Shown here piece after piece: positions 41,165-54,790 of a stretch of DNA of 64,000 bases. Location: assembly GCA_951406725.2 (NCBI GenBank), contig OX597820.1, positions 13,578,001 to 13,642,000 of the forward strand, given 5' to 3'. The notes beneath the pieces are model-generated. The model did no database searches, was not told the origin of the DNA, and was given only the letters and a program-made list of their open reading frames with translations. The DNA comes from Octopus vulgaris. Taxonomy: Eukaryota. The translations under genes were made by a program, and so were the position numbers. Position 1 is the first letter of the stretch; each line of letters starts with the position of its first letter.

Positions 41165-41790
41165 TATGGGTTTCAAATTTTGGCACATGGCCAGCAAGTT
41201 CGTGGGAGAGGCTATGTCGATTACATCGACCCCAGTACTCAACTGATACTTATATCATCGACCTCAAAAAGATGAGAGGGCAGAGATGGTCTCGGCAGCA
41301 TCTGAACACAGACCGTAAAAACCTGGAAGAGATGCCACAATGCATTTTTCTCCTGCATGTAACCATTCTGCTTGCTTCCCACCTTCAGAATCATAATGTG
41401 GGTTTCAAATTCTGGCACAAGGCTAGCAATTTAGGGAGAGGAATTAAGTCGATTACTTTGACCCTAGTGTTCAACTGGTACTTATTTTATTGACCACGAA
41501 AGGAACGAGAGGCAAAGACGACCTCGGCGGCGTTTGAACTCAGTACGCAAAGACGGACGAAATGCCGCTAAGCATTTCGTCCGGCGTGCTAACGATTCTG
41601 CAAACTTGTCGCCTTATGGTCTTGATGTAATGGTTAGAAACTTTAGCACAAGGCCAACAATTTTGGGGGTAGGAGTAAGGCGATTGCATCGACCCCAGTA
41701 TTCAACTGGTACTTATTTTATCGACCCCGAAAGGATGAAGGGCAAAGTCAACGAAATGCCGCTAAGCATTCTACCAGCTCGCTGCCTTCT
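41165..41790 (-). mobile_element. three diverged tandem SINE C units
   Basis: Repeated GGCACA...CGAT..CATCGACCCCAGT..CAACTG.TACTTAT blocks. Confidence 0.7.
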
Positions 41791-42613
41791 TTAGAGACAT
41801 AGATACTAAAACTGGAAGCAAATCCGACCTGTCTTCGCCGTTGGTCGCCTTTATTATTGTATACTGTTTAATTAATCATGATAAATGGTATAATCATTAT
41901 AAATGTTACATACGTCGTTGTAGGGAAGTGCATTCGGGATTAACGAGATGACTGAAGCAAGGAAATCTCTAAAGTAGAAGTCAATGCATTATGTTATGTT
42001 ATATTGTGATAAACATCTGCTTCAGCGAGGTCAGACAATGTACTTTACATATAATAAACAAAAGGTGAAACCTTTTCGTAATGTATTGATGTCTTACTTT
42101 CCATACGCCATACTTCCTGCTGTTGTTGTTGTTGTTGTCGTTGTTGTTGTTGTTGGCTCGTATCGACCAAGCTTTCATCAAAGATATTCTAGTCGTCGCT
42201 GTTTTGTCTTCTTTTAAGAATTATGCGCTGTATCATTATCCAACGTTTTTCTCATTAAGACAACAGTGTATTATTTCAGGGAGATTTAGCTGTTATTTCT
42301 ATTAAGTCTAGATTTATAATTCCTACTTCCAACAGCCATTGCCGACGAACAAACGAAGAGCCTCTACGAGGTAGCTGGGCATGTTAGAAATAGCAGTCAT
42401 AAAGGTAGATGAGATATTATTGACTTTGCCTCTTCGTCTCTTGTCTTTTACTTGTTTCAGTCATTGGACTACGGCCATGCTGGAGCAATCACTGTCCTGA
42501 AGGGTTTTAGACGAACAAATCAACCTCAGTACTGATGTTTCCATTTTTTTTATATAGTCTGGTACCGGTTGTCAAACAGTAGAATGTGACAAACGCAAAA
42601 ACACAAATACAAA

Positions 42614-42691
<78 letters not shown>

Positions 42692-43324
42692 CACATACTC
42701 GCGCGCGAACACATATTTTCAAGGATGAATTCATCCAATCGATCTTCATTCAATTGACAGATCGAACGGAACGCAGAGAGTCTGTGGGGTCAGATTTCCA
42801 TTCCTTGAAGCGTGAAAATCATTCCTGCGCAGTTCTTTCAGTAGCCTTGCCTTCTCTATACACAGCACAAACATCTCAAGTGGATTGGATTGCGTTGGAA
42901 CCGTGATTGAAAACGAAGAGAATCTGATATCGAAAATGTTCCTCTTTTTTTTTTTTTTTTTTTCTGTAGTTGGCATTTCATTATCATATGCCTGAAAAGA
43001 GGTAAAATTTATTCAAATATCCAAAAACGATAGACAAAAGTTGTCGAGAAAGAACAGAGTTACAAAAAACATAAGCTATAAAGAAATCATTCTTCGTGTT
43101 AATTCAAATAATATTGGAAGGAAACGAACGAATTTATCTGACGACACAATAGTACGAGTTAATACTTAGTATGAAGTAATTCTGTAAAAGGGAAGTAATT
43201 CAAACTTAGTACACCAATTTGATAAAAAAGCAGTAGACGAAATATTAACATTGATATAACTGAGAATATCTTTAGAATGCAGTGCTTCAGTACAGCCGCA
43301 ATCTAATGGTTGAAACCTATAAAT

Positions 43325-44678
43325 GGTAACTCGGTTGAAACCGGCTCTGGCTCTGAGTATAAACGTCTTGTTTTCATAAGTTTTGAATTAAAATCTTCCA
43401 CCAAACCTTAGTCACAATTTATGTTCGTAACACTAGTTGAATGATAACTACATTATTTTACTAAATTCTTTGTTATATTTAAAATTAATTGAATGAAACA
43501 CGGAGTATCTCAAAATCAATACGGTATAAAAATAATTACGATGATCTTATTCTTAATAATATAATTTACTGACTATATTTTACATGCAGCGGCAATACAC
43601 ATAAGTTTGGAATGACAACAAGATTTCTTTTTAATATATATACATTATTTATTTTACATATTTTACAATCATGTTTGATGTTGGAAGTTTGTAAGTGTTC
43701 GCATGTTTTTGTGTCTGTGTGTTCGTTAGGCGTAAAAAGGTACTGACCAGTGAATTGACGATGGGATTTGATTCACAGTTAATGTTGTTGGTATCGGCTT
43801 GGCAACAGGTAATAACAGATGGCTTAAGGTAGTTCTTAGAAGAAACTAGAACCCAAGAAACAGATAATTGATTTATCGTTTATGAGGTACACTGTAAGAG
43901 TTCTATATCAAGGTATTGCGTGTCGCAGTTGAGATTAATTGAATCACTCGTTGTGTTTATCTTTCTCTTGATATGAATATACTTCCAGACATGTTACTGT
44001 AGCCGTTTTCTTCGTGGCGAGAATTTCACCTAACCGCTATAGTTGAATCTGTAGTTGTCTCGTGTACAATTTAAATCTTCGATGTTTGTCGATTGGTTCT
44101 TGCTGCTTCTTCATTATATGTTCTGCTTGGTTATGTTTCTCTAGTTATAGATATCTTGTAACCGTTTTCTTCATGGTGATTTTTCACACTAACAGTATGA
44201 GAGGTATCTGTAACATCTTGTATTAATGGTGGTCGCCTGCCTCGAAACTGGAACTTGGTCGAGTATTCTCTGTGTGGTCAGAGACTTAGTTCTTAAAAGA
44301 ACTAAAAGCCTAAGACGAGCTCTGTGTGTGGTCAGAGGTTCGCCCTGAGAAGGACTGGAAACCTCAGACGAATATTCTTCTGAGAAACCTTATTTATAAG
44401 GTTCATCAGGCTCCCAGTGAAATTCAGAAATGGAAAGCTGTGATTGGCTGCTTGGCACTATGGCGCGAAAATAAGTCGAGACATTTTGCGCCAAGTTATA
44501 ACCAGCGGTGCGAGCGTAGTAGAGACCAACATGTCAGCCAATCGAATTAGTGTTTACATCAATGTTGAACCAGCCAAAGCTGTTTGTAATCTCGACCGAG
44601 GTCATTCTATATACTCTTCTCAAACAGTGAAGATAGCACTGAGAGACGATATTGCTACAACGGTAACGAAAGGGTTAA
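43325..44678. mobile_element. TTAA-ended (piggyBac-like) MITE split by an insertion
   Basis: 43325-43524 joins 44664-44678 to give ...AATACGG-TAACGAAAGGG-TTAA. Confidence 0.55.
43525..44659 (-). mobile_element. solo LTR with 4-bp TSD
   Basis: TSD ACGG at 43521-43524 and 44660-44663; minus strand starts TGTAGCAAT and carries CCAAT and TATAAATA; other end reads TATAA (mutated TGTAA). Confidence 0.6.
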
Positions 44679-45087
44679 TGAATAATTATATTGAATAGAA
44701 ATTTATAAACCATTAAGAGAGAACATGAAATAATTCTTTGTTTTTGTATTTTTAATTATATTAGGTCTCAAGCACACAAATGCGAGAAACAATAGCATGC
44801 AAATACTGGGTAAAACCCTTTTGGACAGAAAAAATCGAAGGCTACCCGGCGCTTGTTATGTCTACAAGATATGTGAGTTTTTACCTCACGGCCAGCATTC
44901 AACTTTTTCCATCCATAAGGGTTTCCCAGCGCTTCAAGGAATGGAAATCTGACCCCACAGACTCTCTGCGTTCCGTTCGATCTGTCAGTTGAATGAAGAT
45001 CGATTAAATGAATTCACCCCTGAAAATATGTGTGCGCGCGCGAATGTGTGCCTCTGTGTGTGTGTATGTGTTTCGGTGTGTGTGCCT

Positions 45088-45244
45088 TTGTTGATAGCAT
45101 TTCTGGTCTTCGAGACCAAATTCCAAGAAAGAATTAGTTATATATTATTCCCTTTGCTTGTCACAGCTCCATTGTAGCTAAAATAAGAACCAGTCAAATA
45201 CAGGAAGTGAATAATTGGACAACAGTTCTCCCACCACCGCCTCT

Positions 45245-45286
<42 letters not shown>

Positions 45287-45745
45287 ATCCATCCTTTGCT
45301 CCAGTGTTATGTCCATTTTTGACAAAGTCAGAAATTGATTTTCTTCCACGAAAAGATCTAAAAGATTAACACGATGAAAAAAAAAGTTGAACTAATCCCT
45401 TAAGGGTTAAAATGAATATCGACTAATATCTGAATATCTGCTCTACGAACTAAACAGAGAAGTAGGAGCAAAGAAATCTTTCAGAACATCCTTTAAACAT
45501 TTAGCCACACAAAGTCCCATTGTCTTCTTTCTTTTTGTTGTTGTATAATTTCTGATATTTTTTTGTTATTTATTCTGTATTTTTGTAGACACTTAATTAC
45601 TTCCCTTTACGGCCTGAGGTCGGACAATACAAGCTGTACAACATGTACTACTGAACAATTTGTAAAAGTATTGAAATCTGATTGGTGGTTTACTGATTTT
45701 CTTTCAGATGTGATTTGTCCGTACATTTTCTGTTTGTACTTTTTT
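45088..45745 (+). repeat. left arm of a ~660-bp inverted duplication
   Basis: Reverse complement of 51956-52613; ORFs 45563+ and 52137- give nearly identical peptides. Confidence 0.9.
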
Positions 45746-46578
45746 TTCGCTTATTAATTTTGAATGCGTTCCCAATAGCTTTATCTAATTTAGCAAGTTA
45801 TTCTTATCTCTTCTATATTCTTGGTTTCTATAGGAAAACAGAGAGAAGCACACACGTACATACACGTATATACAAATATATGTATGTAAATATGCGTGTA
45901 TATATATATATATATATGTATGTATATACAAATATATATATATTATATATGCATAATATATTTAGCATATATCATATATATATATATATTATATGTATAA
46001 TATATTATATAGTATATATGTGTGTGTATACACATATATATATGTATATATGTATATATATATAAATATATATATATGTATGTATGTATGTATGTTTGTA
46101 TGTATGTATGTATGTATGTATGTATGTATAAATATATGTGCTTGTGGTGGGGTGTATTCGTGCACACATTCCTAGATGGGAATAGTACAGGATGTACAGA
46201 ATCTACTTAGAGACCTAAACTTTGGTAAAAAAAAAAAAAAGCAGAGAAAAACACTATTCAAACTTTGGCACAAAAATCTAGATCCTTCCGTAACTTTTGT
46301 TACATTTTTAACTGATAAGAAATGCGTAATCTGCTTTGTGCATTGAGATCTCATTGTTCCTTTGGTAAAAACCAATCATACGGGAACACACATGCACACA
46401 CACACATATGTGTGTATGTATGTATGTTTGTATGTATGTATGTATGTATGTATGTATGTATGTATGTATGTGTGTGTGTATGTATTTATGTATGTGTGTA
46501 TGTATGTATGTATGTATGTATGCGCGCATGCATGTATAGGAATAAAACATATTTAGTTGTATACAAAATAGCATATTG

Positions 46579-46631
<53 letters not shown>

Positions 46632-46632
<1 letters not shown>

Positions 46633-46979
46633 ATAAGAGCACTCAGAGAGCGCAAACCTCCGCCAAGGCAACACCAACGTCCTCTCAACGATTATTAACC
46701 AAAGATGATTTTTTAAATGAGAATATCTGAAATAAACTTGACTGCTCTCACAAGTGAGAATACTAAAAAATTTACCCGACCGCTCTCAAAAATTAAGTAA
46801 AAAAGCGGGAAAAATAATCCAGAATCCTTGTGCGGTACCGGATCGGTCCCAAAATCTAATCAGTTCGTGCCAGTTTCATCCGAATCCATCCAGCGGTTCT
46901 TAATATATCTTGTCCAAGGACAAACAAACAAACGAACTAACACGAATGAAAACAATACCTCTGCCGTCGCTATGGTGGC

Positions 46980-46984
<5 letters not shown>
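46632..46984. mobile_element. Helentron-associated (HINE/DINE-like) element
   Basis: AATAAGAGCACTCAGAGAGCGCAAACCTCCGCCAAGG start, (CAAA)n, terminal ACCTCTGCC..GGTGGCGGT hairpin; truncated second copy at 48176-48338. Confidence 0.7.
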
Positions 46985-47031
<47 letters not shown>

Positions 47032-47258
47032 GTGATAATAATAATAATAGTAATTGTAATAATAATAGTAATTGTAATAATAATAATAATAATAATAGTA
47101 ATAGTAATAATAGTAATAATAAAAATAATAATAATAATAGTAATAGTAATAATAACAATAATAATAATAATAATAGTAATAATAATAATAGTAATAATAA
47201 TAATAATAATAGTAATAATAAAATAATAACAATAATAATAATAGTAATAATAACAATA

Positions 47259-47289
<31 letters not shown>

Positions 47290-47315
47290 TAGTAATAGTA
47301 ATTATAATAGTAATT

Positions 47316-47357
<42 letters not shown>

Positions 47358-47381
47358 GTAATAGTAATTATAATAGTAATT

Positions 47382-47417
<36 letters not shown>

Positions 47418-47498
47418 TTAGTAATAGTAATAATAATAGTAATTGTAATAATAATAATAATAATAATAATAATAGTAATAATAATAATAATAATAATA

Positions 47499-47529
<31 letters not shown>

Positions 47530-47555
47530 TAGTAATAGTAATTATAATAGTAATT

Positions 47556-47594
<39 letters not shown>

Positions 47595-47672
47595 GTAATA
47601 GTAATTATAATAGTAATTGTAATAATAATAATAATAATAATAATAATAGTAATAGTAATTATAATAGTAATT

Positions 47673-47714
<42 letters not shown>

Positions 47715-47768
47715 TTAGTAATAGTAATAATAATAGTAATTGTAATAATAATAATAATAATAATAATA

Positions 47769-47799
<31 letters not shown>

Positions 47800-47849
47800 T
47801 AGTAATAATAATAATAATAATAATAGTAATAGTAATTATAATAGTAATT

Positions 47850-47885
<36 letters not shown>

Positions 47886-47909
47886 GTAATAATAATAATA
47901 ATAATAATA

Positions 47910-47951
<42 letters not shown>

Positions 47952-47975
47952 GTAATAGTAATTATAATAGTAATT

Positions 47976-48008
<33 letters not shown>

Positions 48009-48032
48009 GTAATAGTAATTATAATAGTAATT

Positions 48033-48071
<39 letters not shown>

Positions 48072-48140
48072 GTAATAGTAATTATAATAGTAATTGTAAT
48101 AATAATAATAATAATAGTAATAGTAATTATAATAGTAATT

Positions 48141-48174
<34 letters not shown>

Positions 48175-48178
48175 TAAT
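46985..48178. repeat. 1.2-kb (TAA)n satellite with a higher-order unit
   Basis: Recurrent AGTAATAGTAATTATAATAGTAATTGTAAT blocks. Confidence 0.9.
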
Positions 48179-48347
48179 AAGAGCACTCAGAGAGCGCAAA
48201 CCTCCGCCAAGGAACACCAACGTCCTCTCGACGATTAGCCAGAGATGATTTTTAAAATGAGAATATCTTAAATAAACTCGACTGCTCTCACAAACGAGAA
48301 TACTAAACCCGACCGCTCTCAAAAATTAAGCAAAAAAGTACATGTGG

Positions 48348-48706
48348 TACTCCTTCGGTTTCGACGACGAGGGTCCCAGTTGAACTGATCAAATGGAACA
48401 GCCTGCTCGTGAAATTAACGTGCAAGTGGCTGAGCACTCCACAGACACGTGTACTCTTGACGTAATTATAGGGGAAATTCAGTATGACACAGAGTGTGAC
48501 AAGGCTGGCCCTTTGAAATAGAGGTACGATAGAAACGGGAAGAAAGAGGGAGATAAAGTTGTGGTGAAAGAGTACAGCAGGGTTCGCCTCGTGTAACTAT
48601 AGGCGTTTTCGCTCAATAAACACTCACAACGCCCGGTCTGGGAACCGAAACGGTGATCCTACGGACCGCGAGTCCGCTGCCCTAACCACTAGGTCATTGC
48701 GCCTCA
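48348..48706 (-). mobile_element. SINE family A, tail type 1, diverged
   Basis: Same structure as 9454-9841. Confidence 0.8.
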
Positions 48707-48944
48707 CACACGCACATATATATATAATAGTAAGAAATATAATTCCAGGGCTTACAGGGAAAAGTTCAATTTAACAATTCTAAATCAAATTTCACAATAT
48801 ATAATATATGTATATAATTTAGAGAAAAAAAACCCTCTCTTAATTCAATAATGAAAGATGTTATTCACACCATATAGAAAACATATACTATAAAAAACCT
48901 TAATCTAAAATTCAATAAAGTACAATAAATTGTAAATAGTATAT

Positions 48945-48995
<51 letters not shown>

Positions 48996-50218
48996 GACAT
49001 GTACATATATATAGTATAGCATAGCATCAGGTGATTGAGTGTAAAGCTAGATTTATTTAATGGAGTTAAAGCTCCAGTATATAGTGCAACTGTTTCTTTT
49101 CTCTTTTTGCTCGTATACGAGCTAAAGATTAATAAAATTTGGTATAAGATGAAAATTTCAGATATTAGTTTTAAACATTCAGACAAGCAAATTCATAATT
49201 CAGATGTATGATATGAGATATTTTTCCATTCGAATAACCACATATTTATATTAAGATATAGATGATACAAATATAGAAATATAAGAATATAAACATAAAA
49301 CAACTATAAGGAGAGTACCATGAGAGTAGAAAATATAGATAGAATAGATTAAAGGAGGCGATTGAAAGCAAAAGTCCAAACCTACAGTTGTTTCAGAAAC
49401 GATCAGTCCAAACCTACGGCTTTTCTGAAACGGCCGTAGGTTTGGAATGATCCTTTCAATCGCCTCCTTTAATCTATTCCATCTATATTTTCTACTCTCA
49501 TGATACTCCTTATAGTATTTTTTATGTTTATATTCTTATATTTCTATATTCTTATCATGTATGTCTCAATATAAATCGATTTATCTCTTTCCTGAAAATT
49601 GCTGGTCTAATGTCAAAATTTGAAATCAATATTATAAGAATTTTGGAAACCACATTTTGACTTTAAAATATATTAAAATAGAGAATTATAAGAATTTTCT
49701 AGAGCGTGTAGACTTTAATAATTGCTGTCTTATAGTACAAGGTACACCTAATTAACAAGCTGCTTTCTTCATTATAGTATAAATGTCTCTGATTTCGAAA
49801 ATAATTTCAAACTCTTTCTACTTTGATCTTTTAAATCTTTTCCAGAATGAATGCATCTCTTGATCAATAGAATATAAATGACTGGAGAACTCCTAATTAA
49901 TAGATTATAAGACCGACGAAATATAAAAATATAATATACTGCAATATACGGACATATAGAGACAATTAAAACATTTACACCGAATTCACTATATCAGTAG
50001 GTCACGTCTAATTAGGAATCGAAACCGGGGTTGCAGATTTAAATCTCTGGGGGAAAACTATCAATTTTGTTTGAGACAAATTATAAAACGAAGTTTATAC
50101 ATTAAGTTACCTCGAAAATTTATAGCTCGTTAGCAACTCGAAATTGTATTATAGCGAGATAATTTATTATACTGACACCAAATAGACAATATATGGGAAA
50201 ACATTGTAGATTTTATAT

Positions 50219-50636
50219 TTATGTATGTATGTATGTATGTATGTATGTATGTATGTATGTATGTATGTATGTATGTATGTATGTATGCATGCATGCATGC
50301 ATGTATGTATGTATGCATGTATTTATGTATGTATGTATGTATGTATGTATGTATGTATGTATGTATGTATGTATGTATGTATGTACGTATGTATGCATGT
50401 ATGTATGCATGTATGTATGTACGTATGTATGTATGTATACATGTATGTATGTGTGTGTGTGTGTGTGTGTATGTATGTAAGTACTATGTATGTATGTATG
50501 CATGTATGTATGTACGTATGTACGTATGTATGTATGTATGTATGTATGTATGTATGTATGTATGAGTGCATGTATGTATGTATGTATGCATGTATGTATG
50601 TATGTATGTATGTATGTATGTATGTATGTATGTATG

Positions 50637-50668
<32 letters not shown>

Positions 50669-51026
50669 CATGTATGTATGTGTATATGTATGTATGTATG
50701 TATGAGTGTATGTATGTATGTATGCATGTATGTATGTATGTATGCATGTATGTATGTTTGTATTTATGTATGTATGTATGTATGTGTGTATGTATGTGTG
50801 TGTGTATTTATGTATGTATGTATGTATTTATGTATGTATGTATGTATGCATCTATGTATGTATGTATGTATGTATGTATGTATGTATGTATGTATGAGTG
50901 TATGTATGTATGTATGTATGCATGTATGTATGTTTGTATTTATGTATGTATGTATGTATGTATGTATGTATGTATGTATGTATGTATGTATGTATGTATG
51001 TATGTATGTATGTATGTATGTATGTG

Positions 51027-51058
<32 letters not shown>

Positions 51059-51450
51059 TGTATGAATGTATGTATGAGTGTATGTATGTGTGTATGTATG
51101 AGTGTATGTATGTATGCATGTATGTATGTATGTATGTTGTATGTATGTATGCATGTATGCATGTATGTATGTATGCATGTATGTATGTTTGTATGTATGT
51201 ATGTATGTATGTATTTATGTATGTATGTATGTATGTATTATGTATGTATGTGTGTGTGTGTGTATTATGTATGTATTATGTATGTATGCATGTATGTATG
51301 CATGTACGTATGTATGTATGTGTAGGTAGGTAGGTAGGTAGGTAGGTAGGTAGGTAGGTAGGTAGGTGGGTAGGTAGGTAGGTAGGTAGGTAGGTAGGTG
51401 GGTTGGTAGGTAGGTGGGTTGGTAGGTAGGTAGGTAGGTAGGTAGGCAAA
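50219..51450. repeat. (TATG)n then (TAGG)n microsatellite
   Basis: Direct inspection. Confidence 0.9.
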
Positions 51451-51634
51451 TTTATATGTATCTGTATATATATGTACGTGTAAGGATATCTGTATGTATG
51501 TTCCTGTACACATACATGCACACACGTAGATATAGGCAGATACACTCACAAATACATATTTACGTATACACACGAAAATACACGCACACACACATATACA
51601 TATGTATGAATGTATGTATCCATCTACATAAATA

Positions 51635-51688
<54 letters not shown>

Positions 51689-51786
51689 TATGTGCGTGTA
51701 TATGTGTGTATGTGTGTTTGTTTATATATATACACACACACACATATATGTATATACATATATATATATATACATATATATATATG

Positions 51787-51843
<57 letters not shown>

Positions 51844-51955
51844 ATGCATAGAAAGAGAGAAGTGTAACTTATTAACTCGGATAAAACTACTGGGAATGAA
51901 TTCAAAATCAATAACTGAAAGCAAAAGTAAATTAAAATATATAAAATTAATAAAT

Positions 51956-52414
51956 AAAAAGTACCAACGGAAGATGTACGGACAAATCGCATCTGAAAGA
52001 AAATCAGTAAACCACCAATCAGATTTCAATACTTTTACAAATTGTTCAGTAGTACATGTTGTACAGCTTGTATTGTCCGACCTCAGGCCGTAAAGGGAAG
52101 TAATTAAGTGTCTACAAAAATACAGAATAAATAACAAAAAAATATCAGAAATTATACAACAACAAAAAGAAAGAAGACAATGGGACTTTGTGTGGCTAAA
52201 TGTTTAAAGGATGTTCTGAAAGATTTCTTTGCTCCTACTTCTCTGTTTAGTTCGTAGAGCAGATATTCAGATATTAGTCGATATTCATTTTAACCCTTGA
52301 GGGATTAGTTCAACTTTTTTTTTCATCGTGTTAATCTTTTAGATCTTTTCGTGGAAGAAAATCGATTTCTGAATTGTCAAAAATGGACAAAACACTGGAG
52401 CAAAGGATGGATGA

Positions 52415-52455
<41 letters not shown>

Positions 52456-52613
52456 GTGGTGGTGGGAGAACTGTTGTCCAATTATTCACTTCCTGTATTT
52501 GACTGGTTCTTATTTTAGCTACAATGGAGCAGTGACAAGCAAAGGGAATAATATATAATATGACTAATTTTTTCTTGGATTTTGGTCTCGAAGACCAGAA
52601 ATGCTATCAACAA
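51956..52613 (-). repeat. right arm of the ~660-bp inverted duplication
   Basis: Reverse complement of 45088-45745. Confidence 0.9.
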
Positions 52614-53188
52614 CAATATTCAAACACTGGGCTGGAATACCCTTATGGATGGGAAAAGTCGAATGCTAGCCATGTATTTGACTGCTTCTCATTTTAGCAG
52701 TGACAGGCAAAGTTAATAATAATACAATAGTTATATTTGTTTGAGTCACTGGACTGCGGTCATTGCTGGGGCACCACCTTGACGGATTTAATCCAAAACG
52801 TTGACCCAACCACATTGTTTAAACATGATATACATTCTATCGAATTTTTGTTGAACTGCAAACTTTCGGAGGCAAGGGAGTGTCTGAGCCAAATTGCAAA
52901 GCTAATGATGTATTTACAATATAAATACATCATTCAAAATACAGCCAAAATACCGCCTTGGTTTACCTGGGATTTTCACTAAGGACCCCTACCTTCATAA
53001 AATCACCAACCAACATCCATATCTCTAGAAAAAGATGAGTTGTAAGCACCATTCTCCTGCCTATATTCTTCTATCTTTACTCTTTATGCTTCTGTTTACT
53101 CCTTTATTCTTCTATTTTATTCCTTATAAATGTAAGTTTCTGTTCTTTGTAAACTGTAAATCTTCCCTATCTAAAATAGTTATAGCTT

Positions 53189-53264
53189 GTCTCTGATGAT
53201 GGTATGCCCAGTGCATGGACATACTAACCTCCTACTTGGGTTATCTCAGAAACGGCTGCAAGAC
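53189..53264 (+). ncRNA. decayed type I hammerhead
   Basis: GUCU-CUGAUGA-...-GAAAC-GGCU-GCA-AGAC; cleavage triplet is GCA rather than GUH. Confidence 0.55.
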
Positions 53265-53529
53265 TTCAAATTCACCTTACCCTAATTAGATTATTCTAAA
53301 TGACTTGAGATACTCGTTCTGCCTTGGTTCTGATTTTTCCACTAATATAATATAATATATAACATAATATAATATAATATAATATAATATAATATAATAT
53401 AATATAATATAATATAATATAATATAAATAGTAAATAAAAAAAACGTAGAACAAACACAAAAAACCAACAACGCGAGGACGAGGTACATGTAAAGTATTA
53501 GCAGACGCTCAGGGAAGGAAAGAAATGCG

Positions 53530-53564
53530 GTTTTACGTTTCGTGCAATGCTCTTCTTCAGAAAC
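53530..53564 (-). ncRNA. minimal type I hammerhead ribozyme
   Basis: GUUU-CUGAAGA-A-GAGC-AUU-GCAC-GAAACGUA-AAAC; one stem II mismatch. Confidence 0.65.
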
Positions 53565-54790
53565 AGGAGACAGAGGAAAGACCAATAGAAAAGGAAGACG
53601 AAGGAGAAAAATCGGCAACGATTTACATGAGGTTACATTATATATATATATAGGAAATAGTGGAAGACATAACTGTTAGCTACGCACCCGATGTGGAGAT
53701 AAATTATCTTTATATTATGATGTATTGCACATGAAATTTGACTGATCTTTCTTTCGCTTTCGAAACGCATGTTGTACTGTAGTGAGACTGTCCATTCTGA
53801 TTATATATATATGTATATACATGTATGTATATGTTTGTGTTTGAGTTTGTCTTTCACTACTGTTGATAACTAGTGCCGGTAAGTTTACTTCTCCCTTCAC
53901 ATAGCGGTTCGACAAAAGAGACCGGTAAAATAAGTACCAGACTTAAAAATAACCACTGCAGTCGGTGGCCCACAATGGCCGCATTCTAATGATTGAAACT
54001 AGATCAGCGAATGAAATATTTTACTTGATTAATACGCTTTTAGCCTTCAACGAGCTTCAGAGATATAAATTCATTTTTTTTTCGTATATTTTGGGATATT
54101 GATTTATTTCTGATCTAGAATCATACAAGGAAAAAAATATGTATTTGAAAATATTAAATGAAATCATGTATGAATAGGTGAAAGCGATGCAAAAGAAAAA
54201 GAACAAAAAAAATCTCCTCAATTTTCCATTCATTTTACTTCTTGTCTAATTTCTGTATCATTTATCATTTGTTTAAAATGATGCAGCTTTTTGTTTTTTC
54301 ATTGGCTTTTTATGTATGTTTTGACGGTGAATACACTTTGTATAAGATGAATCTAACAGCTGCAAAGGTCTTTCATTGGTGTTATGTTTACTAATTTCCA
54401 AAGGCCTGCAAACACGGAAATCTCTCGACATATTCACTCCAGCTGATAAATCTAGTTCGCCAAAATTTCCCTCAAATCAAACCTCATTCATTACATACAA
54501 CGGGATCGATACCAAGTCGAATAACGTTATCTGAGTATATACCTTTTATATCTTTTGTCCTTTATTTGTTTCAGTAACTGAACTGTGGCCATGCTGGGGC
54601 GGCACCTTAGTGGATTTAGTCGAACAAATCGACTCCAGAACATGTCTTTTAAGGTCCTGGACATATTTTATTGGTCCCCTTTGTCGAACAGTTAAGCTAC
54701 GAGTATGTAAACAAACCAACACTTATGATCAAGCGGTGGCGGGGTACAAACACAAACGCAGACACACACACACACACACACACACACACG

